Positions 20,791-31,163 of a stretch of 64,000 nt of DNA are shown here, piece by piece. Position numbers and translations under genes: made by a program. The notes beneath the pieces were generated by a model that had not been told where the DNA came from, ran no database searches, and saw only the letters and a program-made list of their open reading frames with translations. The first letter of the stretch is position 1, and every line of letters begins with the position of its first letter. Source of the DNA: an uncultured Bacteroidales bacterium (GTDB lineage Bacteria; Bacteroidota; Bacteroidia; Bacteroidales; Bacteroidaceae). The stretch spans positions 3,722-67,721 of the forward strand of contig CADBXL010000029.1 in the NCBI GenBank assembly GCA_902798615.1. The letters are read 5' to 3'.

Positions 20791-22458
20791 TTATTCCGCT
20801 TTCTCAAGAATAGCCTTCCACTCCTCAAAGCTATGCACATCGAATTTGCTCCATGTGGCAGCAAACTGATAGGTGTAATGCTGTCCGGGATTAAGGGTGG
20901 CGATAGCAAGGAGATGGTCCTGCTCATGCTTGAACTTTGTTGCCTCAGGACATCTTGCTCCTATGTAGATAACGCCATCTGAACCGTCTTTTTTCACCAT
21001 AGTAGGGTCTTGGTAGTCCTCGTAGGCTATGTAGTGGTATTTCTTGTCGGCATAGACTTTGGGGTTCTCCTTATGAACCACGATGCCCACGGCAATCTGC
21101 ATCTTGCGGTCGAGACCTTCATACCATACCTCGCACGTATTGAATCGCTTGCCTTTTTCCACTGATATTATCCTATGCTCGGTGTAGTGAATGGAATCGC
21201 CATTCTGAAGCCTGTAGTCAACAGGCTTTAGGGTGACGTGCATCTTCAATCGCTCTGGTGTCTGCTCCAAGAACTCGCATTTCTCCCAGCTCCAAGGGAA
21301 GATAATCTTTCCGTCGGTATCAAGCAAGGCAGGTGTGCAACAGCCAAGACTTGCACCTACGGCATAGCAATCCATACCGTTGCCCCAATCCTCGTGGAAA
21401 GACTTCATCTTCACGCCCTTAGGTGGCATGTGAAGACGGTAGCGGAGGTCAACGATAGTATCGTGTGTGTTCTTTACCCAGATATCATATCCGAACAGTT
21501 TCTGTCCTGTCTTCTGAACAGCAGGACCATACATGCGATAGGCGCACCACTCGTTTTCCCATGTGAGGTCATCCATTCGGTTATGGTATATCTTGCCAAA
21601 GACAGAAGCCTTCTTAGGAGCATCGAAAACGGGAAGAGTAAGCAACTGCTGCATCAAGGTCTTTGCCATTCGCTCATGACCGAGGTCGTTAGGGTGAAGA
21701 CGGTCGGTTTCGGCATCCTTGAAGAACTTGGCATATTCGTCAGCCATAGGGTAGAGGCCGCAGAGGGCATTCATATCTATGACAGGCACAGCCCAGATGT
21801 TTGAAGCCTCCTTGACGGCATCAACATATTCCTTGAGATAGATGCCGCATTGGTTGGTATAGTCCTCGGAGCATTGCCAGTTCTTGTCGTTGGCATGGAA
21901 ATTCTGACGGTGGATAGGGGTGAGGAGCACAATCTGCTTGTCGGGGTACATGCGCTTCACCTTGTCGAGAGCGATATTGATACGTCCGCGATACGTGTCC
22001 TTGTCCATGCACATATACTGGCGCTTACGCTTGGTCATCGTCTTTGGCTGTCCATGACCGTACATCACCTCCTCCTCTTTCTCCGTGTACCATTCGCCTA
22101 TCTTCACGCCGTTGTTATAGTCGTTAGTGCCCATGAAGATAAGGATTGCATCCACGGAATCGCCATGCTCTTTCATGCACTCCTCTGCCTGACGCGGAAT
22201 ATCATCCCACATACGTCCGCTCTTGGCATATACATACGGCGTTATGCCGAGCCATTCCTGAAGGAAGGTCCAGTATTTCTTCTTGGCGGCCTTATTGCGT
22301 GGGTCGGTGATTGAGTCGCCGAAATAGGCTACGCGCTTGCCTTGCCAGGGGTGAAGACCCACCCCCTGCCCCTCCCATAAAGGGAGGGGAGTAGAATGTA
22401 TTGCCGATAATGGGCATACTGCCAATATTGTGAGTATTATGAATAGTTTCTTATACAT
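20791..22458 (-). CDS. SGNH/GDSL esterase fused to a DUF4861-like domain
   Basis: GDSIT, FMGTNDY and DRLHP catalytic blocks, then NRMDDLTWENEWCAYRMYGP..GYDIWVK. The start is reassigned to MYKKLF. Confidence 0.8.
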   Translation of the reverse strand: MYKKLFIILTILAVCPLSAIHSTPLPLWEGQGVGLHPWQGKRVAYFGDSITDPRNKAAKKKYWTFLQEWLGITPYVYAKSGRMWDDIPRQAEECMKEHGDSVDAILIFMGTNDYNNGVKIGEWYTEKEEEVMYGHGQPKTMTKRKRQYMCMDKDTYRGRINIALDKVKRMYPDKQIVLLTPIHRQNFHANDKNWQCSEDYTNQCGIYLKEYVDAVKEASNIWAVPVIDMNALCGLYPMADEYAKFFKDAETDRLHPNDLGHERMAKTLMQQLLTLPVFDAPKKASVFGKIYHNRMDDLTWENEWCAYRMYGPAVQKTGQKLFGYDIWVKNTHDTIVDLRYRLHMPPKGVKMKSFHEDWGNGMDCYAVGASLGCCTPALLDTDGKIIFPWSWEKCEFLEQTPERLKMHVTLKPVDYRLQNGDSIHYTEHRIISVEKGKRFNTCEVWYEGLDRKMQIAVGIVVHKENPKVYADKKYHYIAYEDYQDPTMVKKDGSDGVIYIGARCPEATKFKHEQDHLLAIATLNPGQHYTYQFAATWSKFDVHSFEEWKAILEKAE

Positions 22459-22500
22459 AGTCAGTTTTAGTTTAATCAATGTGGTGATAGGTTTCCGAAA

Positions 22501-22708
22501 AAGCCTTGTAAAGGCGAAATAACATAGGCGTGGGTGCAACCCACGTTACATTAACCACCATTTTCCAATAGCGCCGTAGGTGCGATATAATTTCATATTA
22601 TATTGAGAAACATGGAATTATGTCGCCCTTACAGGGCTTTTACTATCAATCCACAACAATAGATAGGGTTACACCCTATCCTATGATATGCCGTCCTTAC
22701 AGGACTTA
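22501..22708. repeat. Long inverted-repeat REP cluster (AGCCCTGTAAGGGCG / GGGTGCAACCC type)
   Basis: The left arm (AGCCTTGTAAAGGCG..CATAGGCGTGGGTGCAACCCACG..AGCGCCGTAGGTGCG) mirrors the right arm, with compensatory changes in the small hairpins. Confidence 0.75.
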
Positions 22709-22891
22709 CAAGATGCTTTTCGGGAATTTCTCGCCACATTGAATTAGTTTATGCTTGCAAAGATACACAATATTCATGAGACCTCCAAGGAAATTCGGGA
22801 AATAGTGAAAAAGTTCTTTCGTCTAATATGTACAGACACAATTCATCCCGAAAGTTTTTGATACTTCCGGGATGAATTGATTATTGACAGA

Positions 22892-25159
22892 TTATTCTTC
22901 CTTGCGCAGGATAGCGGCTGCAGCTACAAGATTCTTGAGGCTATCTACCGTCTCTTGCTCTCCACGAGTCTTCAATCCGCAGTCAGGGTTCACCCATACG
23001 TTAGCTGATGGTATTTTTGCCACAATCTTATGCAAAGTATCAACAATCTCGTTGACTGATGGCACACGTGGCGAGTGGATGTCATACACACCTGGACCTA
23101 CTTGTGTCTCGAAGTTGGCGGCATTGAGTGCGTCAAGCAATTTGAGGTCTGAACGGCTTGCCTCGAATGTGATGACATCAGCATCCATGTTGTCAATGTC
23201 CTTGACTATGTCGCTGAATTCGCTATAACACATGTGGGTGTGTATCTGCGTTTCGGGCTTTACGCCTGAGTGAACAAGCCTGAATGCTGGTATTGCCCAG
23301 TCAAGGTATTCGCTGTGCCATGCACTTTTGCGCAACGGCAGTTTTTCGCGTAATGCGGCCTCGTCAACCTGTATTATCTTTATTCCGCCACGCTCAAGGT
23401 CGAGTACCTCGTCCCTGATGGCGAGGGCAATCTGTAGAGCCTGCTCCTTGAGCGACACGTCCTCGCGTGGGAACGACCAATTGAGTATGGTGACCGGACC
23501 TGTGAGCATTCCTTTCACAGGCTTGTCTGTTAGGCTCTGAGCATATACAGACCACTCTACGGTGATTGGTGACTTGCGGCTCACGTCGCTCCATACTACT
23601 GGTGGCTTTACGCAACGTGTACCGTAGCTCTGAACCCAAGCGTTCTGCGTGAATACATATCCATCCAGTTTTGAGCCGAAATACTCCACCATGTCGTTGC
23701 GCTCAAACTCTCCATGCACCAGCACGTCAAAGCCCAATTGCTCTTGCAACCTTATACATTCAGCAATCTTCTTTTGGTTGTATTCTACATACTCTTCACG
23801 TGTGATTGTACCCTTCTTCAGAGCGGCACGCTTTGCCCTGACTTCTGCGGTCTGTGGGAAAGAGCCGATAGTGGTCGTTGGGAAGGCTGGCAGGTTGAGT
23901 ATTCCCTCCTGTATCTTGCGGCGCTCACTACGGCTTGGTCGGCGCTCGAAGTCTGCGGTCGAAAGTTGGTTGACATTCTGGCGTACCTCGCTATTGCCCT
24001 CGGTACGCGGTTTTGCAAATAGCGCCTTGTTCTCCTGAAGACCATTGCCATTGGCAATATCAGAAAGTTCCGTGAGTTTCTCCTCGGCAAAAGCGAAGTG
24101 GCGTAGTATTTCTTCTGATAGTTTCTCTTCAGAGCCTACTGTATATGGCACATGTAATAGCGAGCATGATGTGCCGATGACGATATTGTCTGCTGGCACG
24201 ACCTTCTCTATCTCCTTAAGCAACTCAAGCTTGTTTGTATAGTTGGCACGCCAGATGTTCTTGCCGTTCACGATGCCAGCAAAGAGCAATACATCCTTTG
24301 GGAAGCCGCTTTGTGTCAGTTCTAGTGTCTTGCGTCCCTCGATGAAATCAAGTCCTATGCCGTCAAAGCCAAGTTCTATAACGTCAGCATAGGCCTCGCG
24401 GATATCGCCAAAGTAGGTCTGTAGCAAAATTCTCAGTCCGCTTTCTTTTCTTATACGGCTAATGAGGTCTGAATAAATTGCCTTGAAGAGGTTGCGCTGC
24501 TCTTTATTTAGTTCGAGTACCAGAGACGGTTCTGCAAAGCTTACCCACTCAGCTCCAGCCTCGGCCAATTTGAGTGCTACTTGTGCGTATGCCTCGGCTG
24601 CCTGAATTGCAAAATCCTTGGCACGCTTACTGCCTGTGTATCTTGCAAGAGATAGGAAAGTAAATGAACCTGTCAGTACGGGGACAGTCTGATAGCCAGC
24701 CGCCTTTGCCTCGTTGTATTCCTCCACAGGCTTTATGTAGTCATTAACCGTGAATACCGTGTTGTCGTCAATCTCTGGCTCAATATAGTGATAGTTGGTA
24801 TTGAACCATTTTTTCATAGGTAGTGCCTTCACGTCGCCTTTCTCCCCCTGATAGCCATGTGAGGCTGCGAAATATGTCTCAATGCGACCAAGTCCCAGAT
24901 TGCGGTAGCGTGCTGGTACCACACCGAAGATAAATGCCGTATCAAGTACGTTGTCGTAGAACGAGAAGTCGTTTGATGGGATGAAGGTAATTCCTGCATC
25001 TTTCTGTTTCTTCCAGCCATAGTAGCGTAAATCCTTTGCGATCTGACGCAATTCCCCCTCGGTAATATCGCCTTTAAAGAATGATTCACTCGCGAACTTA
25101 AGTTCGCGTTTTTTTCCAATACGTGGAAAACCGATTACTGATGTCTTTCTTTTTGTCAT
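22892..25159 (-). CDS. metE: Cobalamin-independent methionine synthase
   Basis: [43 protein letters not shown] and [11 protein letters not shown]. The start is reassigned to MTKRKT. Confidence 0.96.
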   Translation of the reverse strand: MTKRKTSVIGFPRIGKKRELKFASESFFKGDITEGELRQIAKDLRYYGWKKQKDAGITFIPSNDFSFYDNVLDTAFIFGVVPARYRNLGLGRIETYFAASHGYQGEKGDVKALPMKKWFNTNYHYIEPEIDDNTVFTVNDYIKPVEEYNEAKAAGYQTVPVLTGSFTFLSLARYTGSKRAKDFAIQAAEAYAQVALKLAEAGAEWVSFAEPSLVLELNKEQRNLFKAIYSDLISRIRKESGLRILLQTYFGDIREAYADVIELGFDGIGLDFIEGRKTLELTQSGFPKDVLLFAGIVNGKNIWRANYTNKLELLKEIEKVVPADNIVIGTSCSLLHVPYTVGSEEKLSEEILRHFAFAEEKLTELSDIANGNGLQENKALFAKPRTEGNSEVRQNVNQLSTADFERRPSRSERRKIQEGILNLPAFPTTTIGSFPQTAEVRAKRAALKKGTITREEYVEYNQKKIAECIRLQEQLGFDVLVHGEFERNDMVEYFGSKLDGYVFTQNAWVQSYGTRCVKPPVVWSDVSRKSPITVEWSVYAQSLTDKPVKGMLTGPVTILNWSFPREDVSLKEQALQIALAIRDEVLDLERGGIKIIQVDEAALREKLPLRKSAWHSEYLDWAIPAFRLVHSGVKPETQIHTHMCYSEFSDIVKDIDNMDADVITFEASRSDLKLLDALNAANFETQVGPGVYDIHSPRVPSVNEIVDTLHKIVAKIPSANVWVNPDCGLKTRGEQETVDSLKNLVAAAAILRKEE

Positions 25160-25342
25160 ACGTTCCTGTTTTTTTATTGTATTCTTGTTATTTTCATGGT
25201 GCAAAGGTATGAAAAGAATTATTTCGTTGCAAAATAATTCTGTAACTTTAGGAAAATATGCTTTGTTTGTACTAGGATCTATAACGAGTGCAGAATATTA
25301 TCCTGCGCAATCGTGAAAGAAACAGGAAAGATAAAAGAAAAA

Positions 25343-25379
25343 TCCCACACTATCAAGGAAAATTCTTGATGGTGTGGGA
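25343..25379 (-). terminator. Intrinsic terminator after fprA
   Basis: TCCCACACTATCAAG / CTTGATGGTGTGGGA stem with a T-run on the minus strand. Confidence 0.75.
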
Positions 25380-25428
25380 ATAGTTATGTTAATAACAGCG
25401 GAGTATGTGTCAGGTTTAATGGATGGCC

Positions 25429-26589
25429 TTATACCATAGCATCCACAAGTGCCTGAAGCTGAGGGATGTCAGACTCCTTCATGCGGCTCCAGATAGTAAC
25501 GGTAGGCTCTACAATCTCGATGTCCTTGCAACCTTCAAGGAGTTTCTTCATAGTCTTGGCTGCCGTTGGAGCCCAAGAGCCGTTCTCGATGATGCCAACC
25601 TTACGCTTCTGGTAAGCCTTCATCTCAAGATGATGGATGAAATCGTACATTGGAGGGAATACGCTTGCATCGTAGCTTGAAGCGGCAAGTACAAGACGGT
25701 TCATTCGGAAAGCATCCTCGATAGCCTCTGCCATATCGTCGCGGCAAAGGTCGGTTATTGCCACCTTACCAATGTTCTTCTCACGGAACATCTCTGCCAC
25801 CTTCTCTGCCACTACCTTTGTACCTCCGTGGATAGAAGCATACGCAATGAGAACGCCCTCTGTCTCAACACCATACTTTGACCATGTGTCGTAGAGACCG
25901 ATGTAATATCCGAGGTTCTCCTTGAGGATAGGACCGTGGAGAGGACAGATAATCTGTATGTCGAGAGCAGATGCAGCCTTCAGGAGTTTCTGTACCTGCA
26001 TGCCATATTTTCCGCAGATATTGAAGTAATAGCGACGAGCCTCACAAGCCCAGTCCTCGTCGGCATTAAGAGCACCGAACTTGCCAAAGCCGTCGGCAGA
26101 GAACAGCACTTTGTCCTTTGAATCATAGCTCACCATTACCTCTGGCCAATGCACCATAGGAGCAGCAACAAAGCTGAGGGTATGCTCGCCAAGCTCAAGT
26201 GTATCGCCGTTCTTTATCTCAAGGCAGTTGGCTTTAAGGTCTTTCGTTGGGAAGAAATTGCCAAGCATGGTGATAGCCTTGCCAGAAGTGACGATTTTCA
26301 CCTCCGGATATTTCTCAACCACCTCTGCAATGAGAGAGGCATGGTCAGGCTCCATGTGGTGAGCCACGAGATATGCAGGCTTACGTCCTGCAAGAGCCTC
26401 TTCAAGGTTAGCCCACCATTCCTTGCCCTTGCGGGCATCGGCAGTATCCATGATTGCTATCTTCTCATCCTCGATGAGGTAGGAGTTATATGCCATTCCG
26501 TTTGGCACTTCGTACTGGCTTTCGAAGAGATCGATGTCAAGGTCATCAACGCCAATATACTTGATTGTAGGGGTGATATTATTTACCAT
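25429..26589 (-). CDS. fprA: Flavodiiron protein (FprA, MBL fold plus flavodoxin)
   Basis: YNSYLI, HHMEPDH, MVHWPE, FSADGFG and PLHG, followed by a flavodoxin domain. Confidence 0.92.
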   Translation of the reverse strand: MVNNITPTIKYIGVDDLDIDLFESQYEVPNGMAYNSYLIEDEKIAIMDTADARKGKEWWANLEEALAGRKPAYLVAHHMEPDHASLIAEVVEKYPEVKIVTSGKAITMLGNFFPTKDLKANCLEIKNGDTLELGEHTLSFVAAPMVHWPEVMVSYDSKDKVLFSADGFGKFGALNADEDWACEARRYYFNICGKYGMQVQKLLKAASALDIQIICPLHGPILKENLGYYIGLYDTWSKYGVETEGVLIAYASIHGGTKVVAEKVAEMFREKNIGKVAITDLCRDDMAEAIEDAFRMNRLVLAASSYDASVFPPMYDFIHHLEMKAYQKRKVGIIENGSWAPTAAKTMKKLLEGCKDIEIVEPTVTIWSRMKESDIPQLQALVDAMV

Positions 26590-26645
26590 TTACCATTTAC
26601 CATTTACTATTTAACTATTTACTAATTACTATTTACAAAAATCAC

Positions 26646-26733
26646 GTGCAAAGTCTATCTTCGCACGAAGAAGAAAGTGCGTGTCAGCCCTAAAGGCTGG
26701 CGCACGGTCTTTGATTCTGCGAGTGCAAAGATA
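26646..26733 (-). promoter_or_regulatory. TATCTTTG promoter plus conserved two-hairpin leader (copy B)
   Basis: GACCGTGCGCCAGCCTTTAGGGCTGACACGCAC, then GTGCGAAG/CTTTGCAC. Confidence 0.75.
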
Positions 26734-26835
26734 CAAATAAGTTTTCAATTCTCAAAAAAACAAAGAATAAAGTTTTTATCGAAATTGAAATTATTACAAA
26801 TTGGTGTTCTTTTAAAAAACAAAAAACATAAAAAA

Positions 26836-27380
26836 GCTAATCAATTAATAATTAACAATTAACAATTAACACTTGCGAAGCTTGATGAGCTTGCGAAGAA
26901 CTGCGAAGCTAGTGAACTTGCGAACAATTAACATGCGGTTCTTATTGTTTTTGTCTTATTATAACGTCAGTTCGACCAAATTGCTGAAACAGCCTGCAAG
27001 GCTAACAAGCTAATAGCCTAGGGCATCGCCCTAGATACATTGAAGTTTGTCAATTTCGCCCTGTAGGGGCAAAAGCATCTTTATGTTAGGGCTTTTGCCC
27101 TTTCAGGGCGTAGTCTATCTATTGAACCAATACCGGCGCAAGCCGACAAAACAATTTTTCGCTAGACTCAACAAGCTAAAGCAAGTGTTAATTGATTAGC
27201 TTTTTCCTGTTTTTTACCTTAATGTCTTGCCGTAGGCCTGATATGTGGATTTGTTTTTATCGGGAAGCCCTAAGGCTTACCAGGAAAAATAAATACGCAT
27301 AGCAGCAAGAGGCGAGGAACGAGACTCTAAGACATTAAGGGGTTCTTATTGTTTTTGTTTTATTTATAACTCAAATTCCT
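26836..27380. repeat. Stack of several small non-autonomous repeat elements
   Basis: Inverted ends near 26836-26900 and 27155-27200, REP hairpins at 26995-27115, 12-bp inverted repeats at 27217 and 27329, and a direct repeat GTTCTTATTGTTTTTGT near 26938 and 27342. Confidence 0.65.
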
Positions 27381-27433
27381 GATGAACGGTAAGTTGCATT
27401 GGTTAGCGGATAGTAATAAAATGGGATAGCATT

Positions 27434-27466
27434 AAAAAGGCAACCTCAGAAATGAGATTGCCTTTT
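27434..27466 (-). terminator. Terminator after ferredoxin (possibly bidirectional)
   Basis: AAAAAGGCAACCTCA / TGAGATTGCCTTTT. Confidence 0.75.
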
Positions 27467-27493
27467 AGTTCTAAACGCTATGCGTGCGGAGTC

Positions 27494-27661
27494 TTAAGGA
27501 AGGCTGATAGCCTCGTTAGGACAAACGTCAGCACATGTGCCACACTCTGTGCAGAGATCTGGGTTGATTGAATAGATATCGCCCTCAGAGATAGCCTCAG
27601 ATGGACACTCGCTAATACATGTACCGCATGCAATGCAGTCGTCGCTAATTACGTAAGCCAT
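27494..27661 (-). CDS. 2x[4Fe-4S] ferredoxin, 55 aa (absent from the ORF track)
   Basis: Hand translation: MAYVISDDCIACGTCISECPSEAISEGDIYSINPDLCTECGTCADVCPNEAISLP, with two CxxCxxCxxxCP motifs. Confidence 0.95.
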   Translation of the reverse strand: MAYVISDDCIACGTCISECPSEAISEGDIYSINPDLCTECGTCADVCPNEAISLP

Positions 27662-27828
27662 AATGTTTTTGTTTTATTATTAATACTATTTTTGTTTCAA
27701 TTAACGATGCAAAGATAGTATTTTCTTTTGGAAATACCTAAAAATAATGAGGAAAATTTCAAAAAAAGTTCATTTTTCCTCTTTGTCAAGGGGACAAATA
27801 CCTTTTTGTAGGTATTGAACAATGTTCG

Positions 27829-28572
27829 TTATTCAAAATAGAACGTAAGTGCTATGATACTGCTTCGCGCAGAACTGACGGAAGATGCGAAGGGGAGTTT
27901 GTTCTTATCCCTTAGTGTCTTTGCATGATTTGTATTAAGACAGTTGCCAAGAGAGTACATGAACTTCAGTTCCGGTCGTAGCTTGAAGAAAGGCAGATAC
28001 ATATCGCATCCTGCGCCTACCTCGAAGAACACGTCGTTTTTCTTCAGCTGGATATAGTCGTTTGCCTTTGTTGACAGGTTGAGTGCAGGCGAAAGGCCGG
28101 CCATGATATATGGTCGGTGGTTGTTGAATCGCTGTGCAGCATAGATAAGGTCGAGCGAACAAGTTACATACACGCTCTTCATATCCTGTCGTGCCTGTGT
28201 ATAATTGCCTTTTGTGTCAAGACTCCTATGGTCGGCAAATGCGATGTGTCGGTTGGCGAAATACATTACGGGTGCTACGCGAAAGGCGAGGTAGTCGTTA
28301 AGGCGCATCTCACCAAGCACACCGACGTGGAAACCGCCATCCCATGTATTCTGGTCGCAGGTAACAAGCGACTCTGCCTGATTGCCGTCAGCATCGGTGT
28401 AGGTTACTGGGCCGACGTTCTCAAATTCAAGGTCTTGGAAATGCGTTCCCACGATAACTCCGAAGTGCATAGGGCGCAAGTCGCAATAAGGGCGGTTCTC
28501 AACCGTCCTTTCCTGTGCACTTGCCACCAATGATGTGAGGAGTGCTATTATATATAAGGTGAAAAAACGCAT
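27829..28572 (-). CDS. porT: PorT family outer-membrane beta-barrel (type IX secretion)
   Basis: NRPYCD..HFG....H.QDL, GCDMYLPFFKLRPEL and terminal LTFYFE match the PorT pattern. Confidence 0.82.
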   Translation of the reverse strand: MRFFTLYIIALLTSLVASAQERTVENRPYCDLRPMHFGVIVGTHFQDLEFENVGPVTYTDADGNQAESLVTCDQNTWDGGFHVGVLGEMRLNDYLAFRVAPVMYFANRHIAFADHRSLDTKGNYTQARQDMKSVYVTCSLDLIYAAQRFNNHRPYIMAGLSPALNLSTKANDYIQLKKNDVFFEVGAGCDMYLPFFKLRPELKFMYSLGNCLNTNHAKTLRDKNKLPFASSVSSARSSIIALTFYFE

Positions 28573-28597
28573 ATTTAATTAACCGCCCATCACAAAC

Positions 28598-28766
28598 GGC
28601 CCCTCACCTGCCCTGCGGGCATCCTCTCCCCAAGGGGCGAGGAAGGAGTTACCTTTGTACGCTATTTATCTGATTTTATTTCCATGACTTGCCCCATTGG
28701 TTAGAAATACTAACTTTTTTCCTCGCCCCCTTGGGGAGAGGATGCCCGAAGGGCAGGTGAGGGGCC
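28598..28766. repeat. REP doublet (GGCCCCTCACCTGCCC..CGGGCATCCTCTCCCCAAGGGGCGAGG family)
   Basis: Unit 28598-28642, inverted unit 28721-28766, and a third unit at 30379-30423. Confidence 0.88.
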
Positions 28767-28774
28767 GTTGTCTT

Positions 28775-29554
28775 TTATTTTATTTCCAATTCCACCGGAC
28801 AATGATCCGAACCATAGACATTGGTATGGATAGCCGCAGTCTTGATGCTGTCCTTCAGTCTCTCGGAAGTGACGAAATAGTCGATACGCCATCCCGTGTT
28901 CTTCTTTCGAGCCTGAAAGCGATATGACCACCATGAATAGGTTATTTCGTCAGGATGCAATGTGCGGAAGGTATCAATAAAGCCTTCGTTAAGAAGCATA
29001 GTGAACTTCTCGCGCTCCTCGTCGGTGAAGCCGGCATTCATGCGGTTGGTCTTCGGATTCTTCAGGTCAATCTCCTCATGAGCTACGTTCATATCACCAC
29101 ATACGATGACAGGTTTCTTGGCATCAAGCGCCTTGAGATATGCACGGAAGTCATCCTCCCATTTCATGCGGTAGTCAAGTCGGCGAAGACCATCCTGAGA
29201 GTTCGGGGTATAGACGGTGACGAGATAGAACTTCTCATACTCAAGCGTAATCACACGTCCTTCGTGGTCGTGTTCGTCTATTCCTATACCATAACTAACG
29301 CTCAATGGAGTGTGTTTAGTATATATGGCAGTGCCGGAATAGCCTTTTTTCTCGGCATAGTTCCAATAAGACTGATATCCGGGGATAGCAAGGTCGAGCT
29401 GACCTTCCTGCATCTTCGTTTCCTGAAGACAGAAGAAATCAGCATCAAACTCGGCAAAGGCTGTTTGGAAACCCATTATGCCGTTTTCTACTTTCTCGCC
29501 GTCCTTACCGGCACAGGCACGAAGACCGTTCACATTCCATGAAATAAAGCGCAT
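28775..29554 (-). CDS. xth: Exodeoxyribonuclease III
   Basis: [33 protein letters not shown] and SDHCP motifs. Confidence 0.95.
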   Translation of the reverse strand: MRFISWNVNGLRACAGKDGEKVENGIMGFQTAFAEFDADFFCLQETKMQEGQLDLAIPGYQSYWNYAEKKGYSGTAIYTKHTPLSVSYGIGIDEHDHEGRVITLEYEKFYLVTVYTPNSQDGLRRLDYRMKWEDDFRAYLKALDAKKPVIVCGDMNVAHEEIDLKNPKTNRMNAGFTDEEREKFTMLLNEGFIDTFRTLHPDEITYSWWSYRFQARKKNTGWRIDYFVTSERLKDSIKTAAIHTNVYGSDHCPVELEIK

Positions 29555-29562
29555 ATACTAAG

Positions 29563-29761
29563 CCTAACCAAGCCTTCCCAAAGGGAAGGATGTTTTAATG
29601 AATTAATCCCCCAAGGGGAGGATATGTTGTTAATTATAATTATTTTGCCCCCATGATTTGAAATACTAACCACTCCCCCTTGAGGGGGTGAGGGGGTGGA
29701 TCCCTGACACATACTCGGAGATACTCAATCTCCGACTTCCCTTGGGGAGGGACTGGGTGGG
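29563..29761. repeat. REP cluster with a hairpin micro-insert
   Basis: Several CCCC..GGGG units. The spacer TTGCCCCCATGATTTGAAATACTAAC resembles the 28689-28714 spacer. Insert at about 29704-29738. Confidence 0.7.
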
Positions 29762-30361
29762 CTACTTATTAATCAGGTTCATAAATTCCTGACGTGTCGT
29801 TGCGTTGCTGAAGATTCCAGCAAAAGCAGAGGTCGTGGTGACAGAATTCTGCTTTTCCACTCCACGCATCTGCATGCACATGTGGACAGCCTCTACAACA
29901 ACCATAACGCCCTGTGGTTTCAGGGTTTCCTGAATAACCTCCATGATCTGATGTGTCATGCGTTCCTGTACCTGCAAGCGACGGGCAAAGACCTCTACTA
30001 CTCGGGCAATCTTTGAAAGACCTGTGATAGTGCCGTTAGGGATATATGCCACATGAGCCTTGCCATAGAAAGGAAGCATGTGATGCTCGCACATGGAGTA
30101 GAAGTTGATATCCTTCACTATGATCATGTGGTTGTATGTCTCGTGGAAAAGAGCTTTTTCAAGAATAGCCTTTGGATCCTCACGATAGCCCTTGGTGAGA
30201 AACTGCATTGCCTTAGCCACACGAAGAGGTGTCTTTAGCAATCCCTCACGCTCTGTGTCTTCTCCAAGGAGTCTGAGAACTTCCTTATAATGACCAGCAA
30301 GCTCATCAAGAGTTTCTGGAACTACATAAGGCTCTGTTGATTCTATATTACTATCAAGCAT
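29762..30361 (-). CDS. folE: GTP cyclohydrolase I
   Basis: [27 protein letters not shown] and HMCMQMRGV. The start is reassigned to MLDSN because the longer ORF begins inside a REP. Confidence 0.96.
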   Translation of the reverse strand: MLDSNIESTEPYVVPETLDELAGHYKEVLRLLGEDTEREGLLKTPLRVAKAMQFLTKGYREDPKAILEKALFHETYNHMIIVKDINFYSMCEHHMLPFYGKAHVAYIPNGTITGLSKIARVVEVFARRLQVQERMTHQIMEVIQETLKPQGVMVVVEAVHMCMQMRGVEKQNSVTTTSAFAGIFSNATTRQEFMNLINK

Positions 30362-30378
30362 TTTATATAAAAAAAAAC

Positions 30379-30423
30379 GGCCCCTCACCTGCCTTTCGGG
30401 CATCCTCTCCCCAAGGGGCGAGG
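30379..30423. repeat. Single REP unit upstream of folE
   Basis: Near-identical to 28598-28642. Confidence 0.85.
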
Positions 30424-30464
30424 GGGAAATTACATTTATTGTTTTGAGGAAATCACTTGAGGGG

Positions 30465-31076
30465 CTAATACTGCACGCTTATCGTGCCTTTTACAAGACA
30501 AGCCTGCGGGTAATACTTCTTTACCTGTGCAAGTACGGCGCGAGCCTCTTCCTGTGTACGGTAGTTGCCCATACGGCATTTCCATGAAGGAGAATAGAAG
30601 TGAACATACACAGGCTCGGAAGGGAAGTAGCGCTTCATGTCCGTACCGGCTTTCTCAGCCTTTTGGCGGTCGGTGCGGGAATTGCCACCTGAGAATACCT
30701 GAATACGGAAGCCTGTTGTCTTGTAGCTGTTGCGCATCACCTTCTTACGGGTATCTACGGCAGCATCTTCTCCTGGGGTTTCGCTGTTGTTGTTCGCGAT
30801 ATCTGTGCCGGTATGCTGTGTGGCATCCGGTCTGTTGTTTTCTTGTGGAATGGATGTTATGGTATGTGGGACGGCAGGTGTTGGATTGGTAACACCATTA
30901 TTCGCAGACGGCTGCGGATTGCCATTAACCAATACGTCGATAGCCGGACTTTGTGTCACGGTTACTGTGCCCTTGCCGGTTTCGTTAGCGCGAAGTCCGT
31001 CAAGGAATTTCTGATTCTGAGCCTGTATGCCCAGACTGCAGATTAATGTGAGAATAAATGTAATTAGTCTATTCAT
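30465..31076 (-). CDS. SPOR domain-containing protein
   Basis: Signal peptide MNRLITF and C-terminal GFRIQVFSG...[14 protein letters not shown] domain. Confidence 0.85.
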   Translation of the reverse strand: MNRLITFILTLICSLGIQAQNQKFLDGLRANETGKGTVTVTQSPAIDVLVNGNPQPSANNGVTNPTPAVPHTITSIPQENNRPDATQHTGTDIANNNSETPGEDAAVDTRKKVMRNSYKTTGFRIQVFSGGNSRTDRQKAEKAGTDMKRYFPSEPVYVHFYSPSWKCRMGNYRTQEEARAVLAQVKKYYPQACLVKGTISVQY

Positions 31077-31163
31077 TTTTTTAGTAAGGAAATGAAAAGT
31101 GAAAATGGGGAAAAAGAATTTCTCATTGTTCACTTTTCATTTTTCATTTATTGTCTTGGAAGA

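Noticed and set aside
25160-25420. SAM or cobalamin riboswitch upstream of metE
   Set aside because: The promoter box lies about 45 nt from the start codon, and the only strong hairpin is the fprA terminator.
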